From NCBI GenBank assembly GCA_051294905.1, contig CM119371.1, positions 39,744,001-39,808,000 of the forward strand: 64,000 nt of DNA. Direction: 5' to 3'. Positions 62,101 through 64,000 of this stretch are shown in pieces (position 1 is the first letter of the stretch; each line of letters opens with the position of its first letter). The notes beneath the pieces were generated by a model that worked only from the letters and a program-made list of their open reading frames with translations, made no database searches and was not told the origin of the DNA. The position numbers and the translations under genes are program-made. The stretch comes from Botryllus schlosseri. Its lineage: Eukaryota.

Positions 62101-62411
62101 TTTTTCCCAATAAGATTAGAATTAGAGCTACACAGTTTTTTCCAAATAAAATTATAATTAGAGCTACACAGTTTTTCCCGAATTAGATTGGAATTGGAAA
62201 TAGAGCTAAATAGTTTTTTACGAATTAGATTGAAATTAGAATTAGAGCTAATGTTTTTTCCAAATTAGATTGGAATTAGACTTATACAGTTTTCCAAAAT
62301 TATGGTATATTAGAATCAGAATTAGAGCTAGTTTTTTTTCCGAATTAGATTAGAATTAGAATTTGAGCTACGAAGCTTTTTCCAAATTAGATTAGAATTA
62401 GCGCTACACAG
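56107..62411. repeat. tandem satellite, ~6.3 kb, mixed 37-bp and 43-bp monomers
   Basis: Constant AGAGCTACACAG-T(6-10)-CCAAAT followed by AAAATTATAA(T/C)T (37 bp), AAGATTAGGATTATATTT or TAGATT(A/C)GGATTAGAATT (43 bp); roughly 155-160 units; degenerate at both edges. Confidence 0.97.
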
Positions 62412-63766
62412 TAGGGGTGCCCAAAAATGACTTTTTTTCCAAATTCTATTGGCTGTTAGATAAAATTGATAGGTTACCTAATTGAAGCCTGCACACAAAG
62501 TTTGGTTCAATTCCAGCCAGTAGCCGCATTGCTACTGGAGGAGAATGTTTTTTCATTTATTATATAAAATAAATTAAAAAAATTAAAATGAATTCAAAAT
62601 TTTCTGTTCATCCCATGAAATTGTTCGGTTTTCTATAGAAACGATGTTCACCAAATTTGGCTCAATTCCAACCAGCGGAAGCGGAGTTATTGAGTATAAG
62701 TATATTGCCTTGACGTGCAATGGTTCAGACACTGACAAGACCGAGACGCTTAGGAAACGGCGTAGGGCGTCCTAGAGCTTTGTGAGGTATCGTGCGCAGC
62801 TCAAACTGTTTAAAATAAAATGAAATTTATGATCATGATATTTCTTGTGCACAGCGTTTTACTAATATAAAGTTTTAATGCGTGGCTGCTCAACTGCGTA
62901 GTCTATTTTGTCTCGATATTGCATTCTTGCGGCCCGCGGCCTCTACGAATTTTGAAAAGTGGCCAGCGACCCGTTTTGAGTTGACGACATCTGCACTATA
63001 CAGTTCTCCTGAATGACTGCACGGTGTACGCAATGCGATGGCGACTTGGCACAGGATCTCCCTGCAAAATGCCGTGTACAAATAAATATTTTCAGGAAAA
63101 CAATAAACTAGATTAGAATTAGAATTAGAGCATAAGAACAATTTACAAATCACATTAGAATTAGAATTAGAGCATAGAAGCATCACACAAATTAGAGTAG
63201 AAGTAGATTACTGGCATTTCGTTCTAAATTAATGAAACTAGACAACTAGAATTATCTCATTGTCCAAGTCTGATGGTCTGATTCCATTCTGACGTGATTC
63301 AGAATGGAATCACTCAGGTACTCAATCTTGCCCAGGCAAACTTATAGGATATTACATTTTCCACTTTCCCTTGAAGTAGTTTTATTAAGTCTTTAAAGGG
63401 TCAGTTCTACTTGTAATCGCGTATATATTCAACAAGTTACGTCTACTTCTACTTGATTAGCAAGGTTGAGTACTCTGACCAGCTCTGCGTACACTTAAGA
63501 CTCGACTCGCAATATTGAAGACGAGGGGTGTTAAATTTTTTTTTCAAATTTCATCGGCTTAATTGTCAAATAGCCAGGTTACCTAAAAAAACGTTGCACA
63601 CCAAATATGACTCAATTCCAAACAGTATATCCCGAGGTCGCTCAAATTGAAATTTCGGTCGTTTATGCAATAATAGCATTTACGGTGACCAATTTCGTCA
63701 CACCGACATGACCAAAAATCGTGTTCCAGGTTTTGATCTTAACAAGGGCATATGGTGGAGTTTGGA

Positions 63767-64000
63767 CAGGGTTGTAATGACTCGTGCCAAGTCATACGAC
63801 TCCAGACAGACGGTCAAGACCGACATTTCATTGTAATTTTGAAGAATAGTAAAGTAACCACACTATTAGGATTTCGTCTATTGGTACTGGTACTTTGAAA
63901 TATGACCAGAAACTGCTAAAAGGGAGGAAAATTGGTATAAGATAAATGTGAACCAATAGATATCATCAAACAGAGTTATAAAATGTGGGTTTAACAAGAT
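63767..64000. mobile_element. CAGGGTTGTAA-family MITE, cut by the window end
   Basis: Starts CAGGGTTGTAATGA; colinear with ~54510-54750. Confidence 0.78.

Noticed and set aside
56107..62411. CRISPR-like pattern of constant block plus variable block
   Set aside because: The variable parts are three or four recurring related variants, not unique spacers; there are no cas genes and the context is eukaryotic.
56107..62411. Telomeric repeat (TTAGG-containing) and the ORFs at 56918, 58302 and 61355
   Set aside because: TTAGGA occurs only singly inside larger monomers, not as (TTAGGG)n; the ORFs are translations of the satellite.

Overview
Eukaryotic, AT-rich, repeat-dense window, probably from an invertebrate animal (inferred). 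It has no intact host gene. Main contents: (1) a 5'-truncated non-LTR retrotransposon ORF2 fragment running off the left edge; (2) a young, full-length Ty3/Gypsy LTR retrotransposon (26815-32515, CAAC target duplication, near-identical LTRs) whose gag-pol frame is broken only by one TAA inside the protease; (3) an intronless, decayed DCAF1/VprBP-like pseudogene on the minus strand (~15117-17340) that the ORF track misses; (4) about 10 families of non-autonomous hAT-like elements with 8-bp target duplications, often nested; (5) a tRNA-derived SINE; (6) a ~6.3-kb 37/43-bp satellite that seems to derive from transposon subterminal motifs; (7) weak traces of decayed NACHT-LRR genes. The most unusual signal is a four-copy family of ~260-340-bp palindromic elements (one copy expanded by a nested insertion). 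Each inverted arm carries a 34-nt minimal hammerhead-ribozyme motif, three copies have a one-sided tail, and the two best copies have ~11-bp flanking direct repeats. This suggests non-autonomous Penelope-like or ribozyme-containing retroelements that look like MITEs. An unrelated hammerhead of identical geometry at 24715 shows full stem I covariation. All calls were made by eye; no searches were run.
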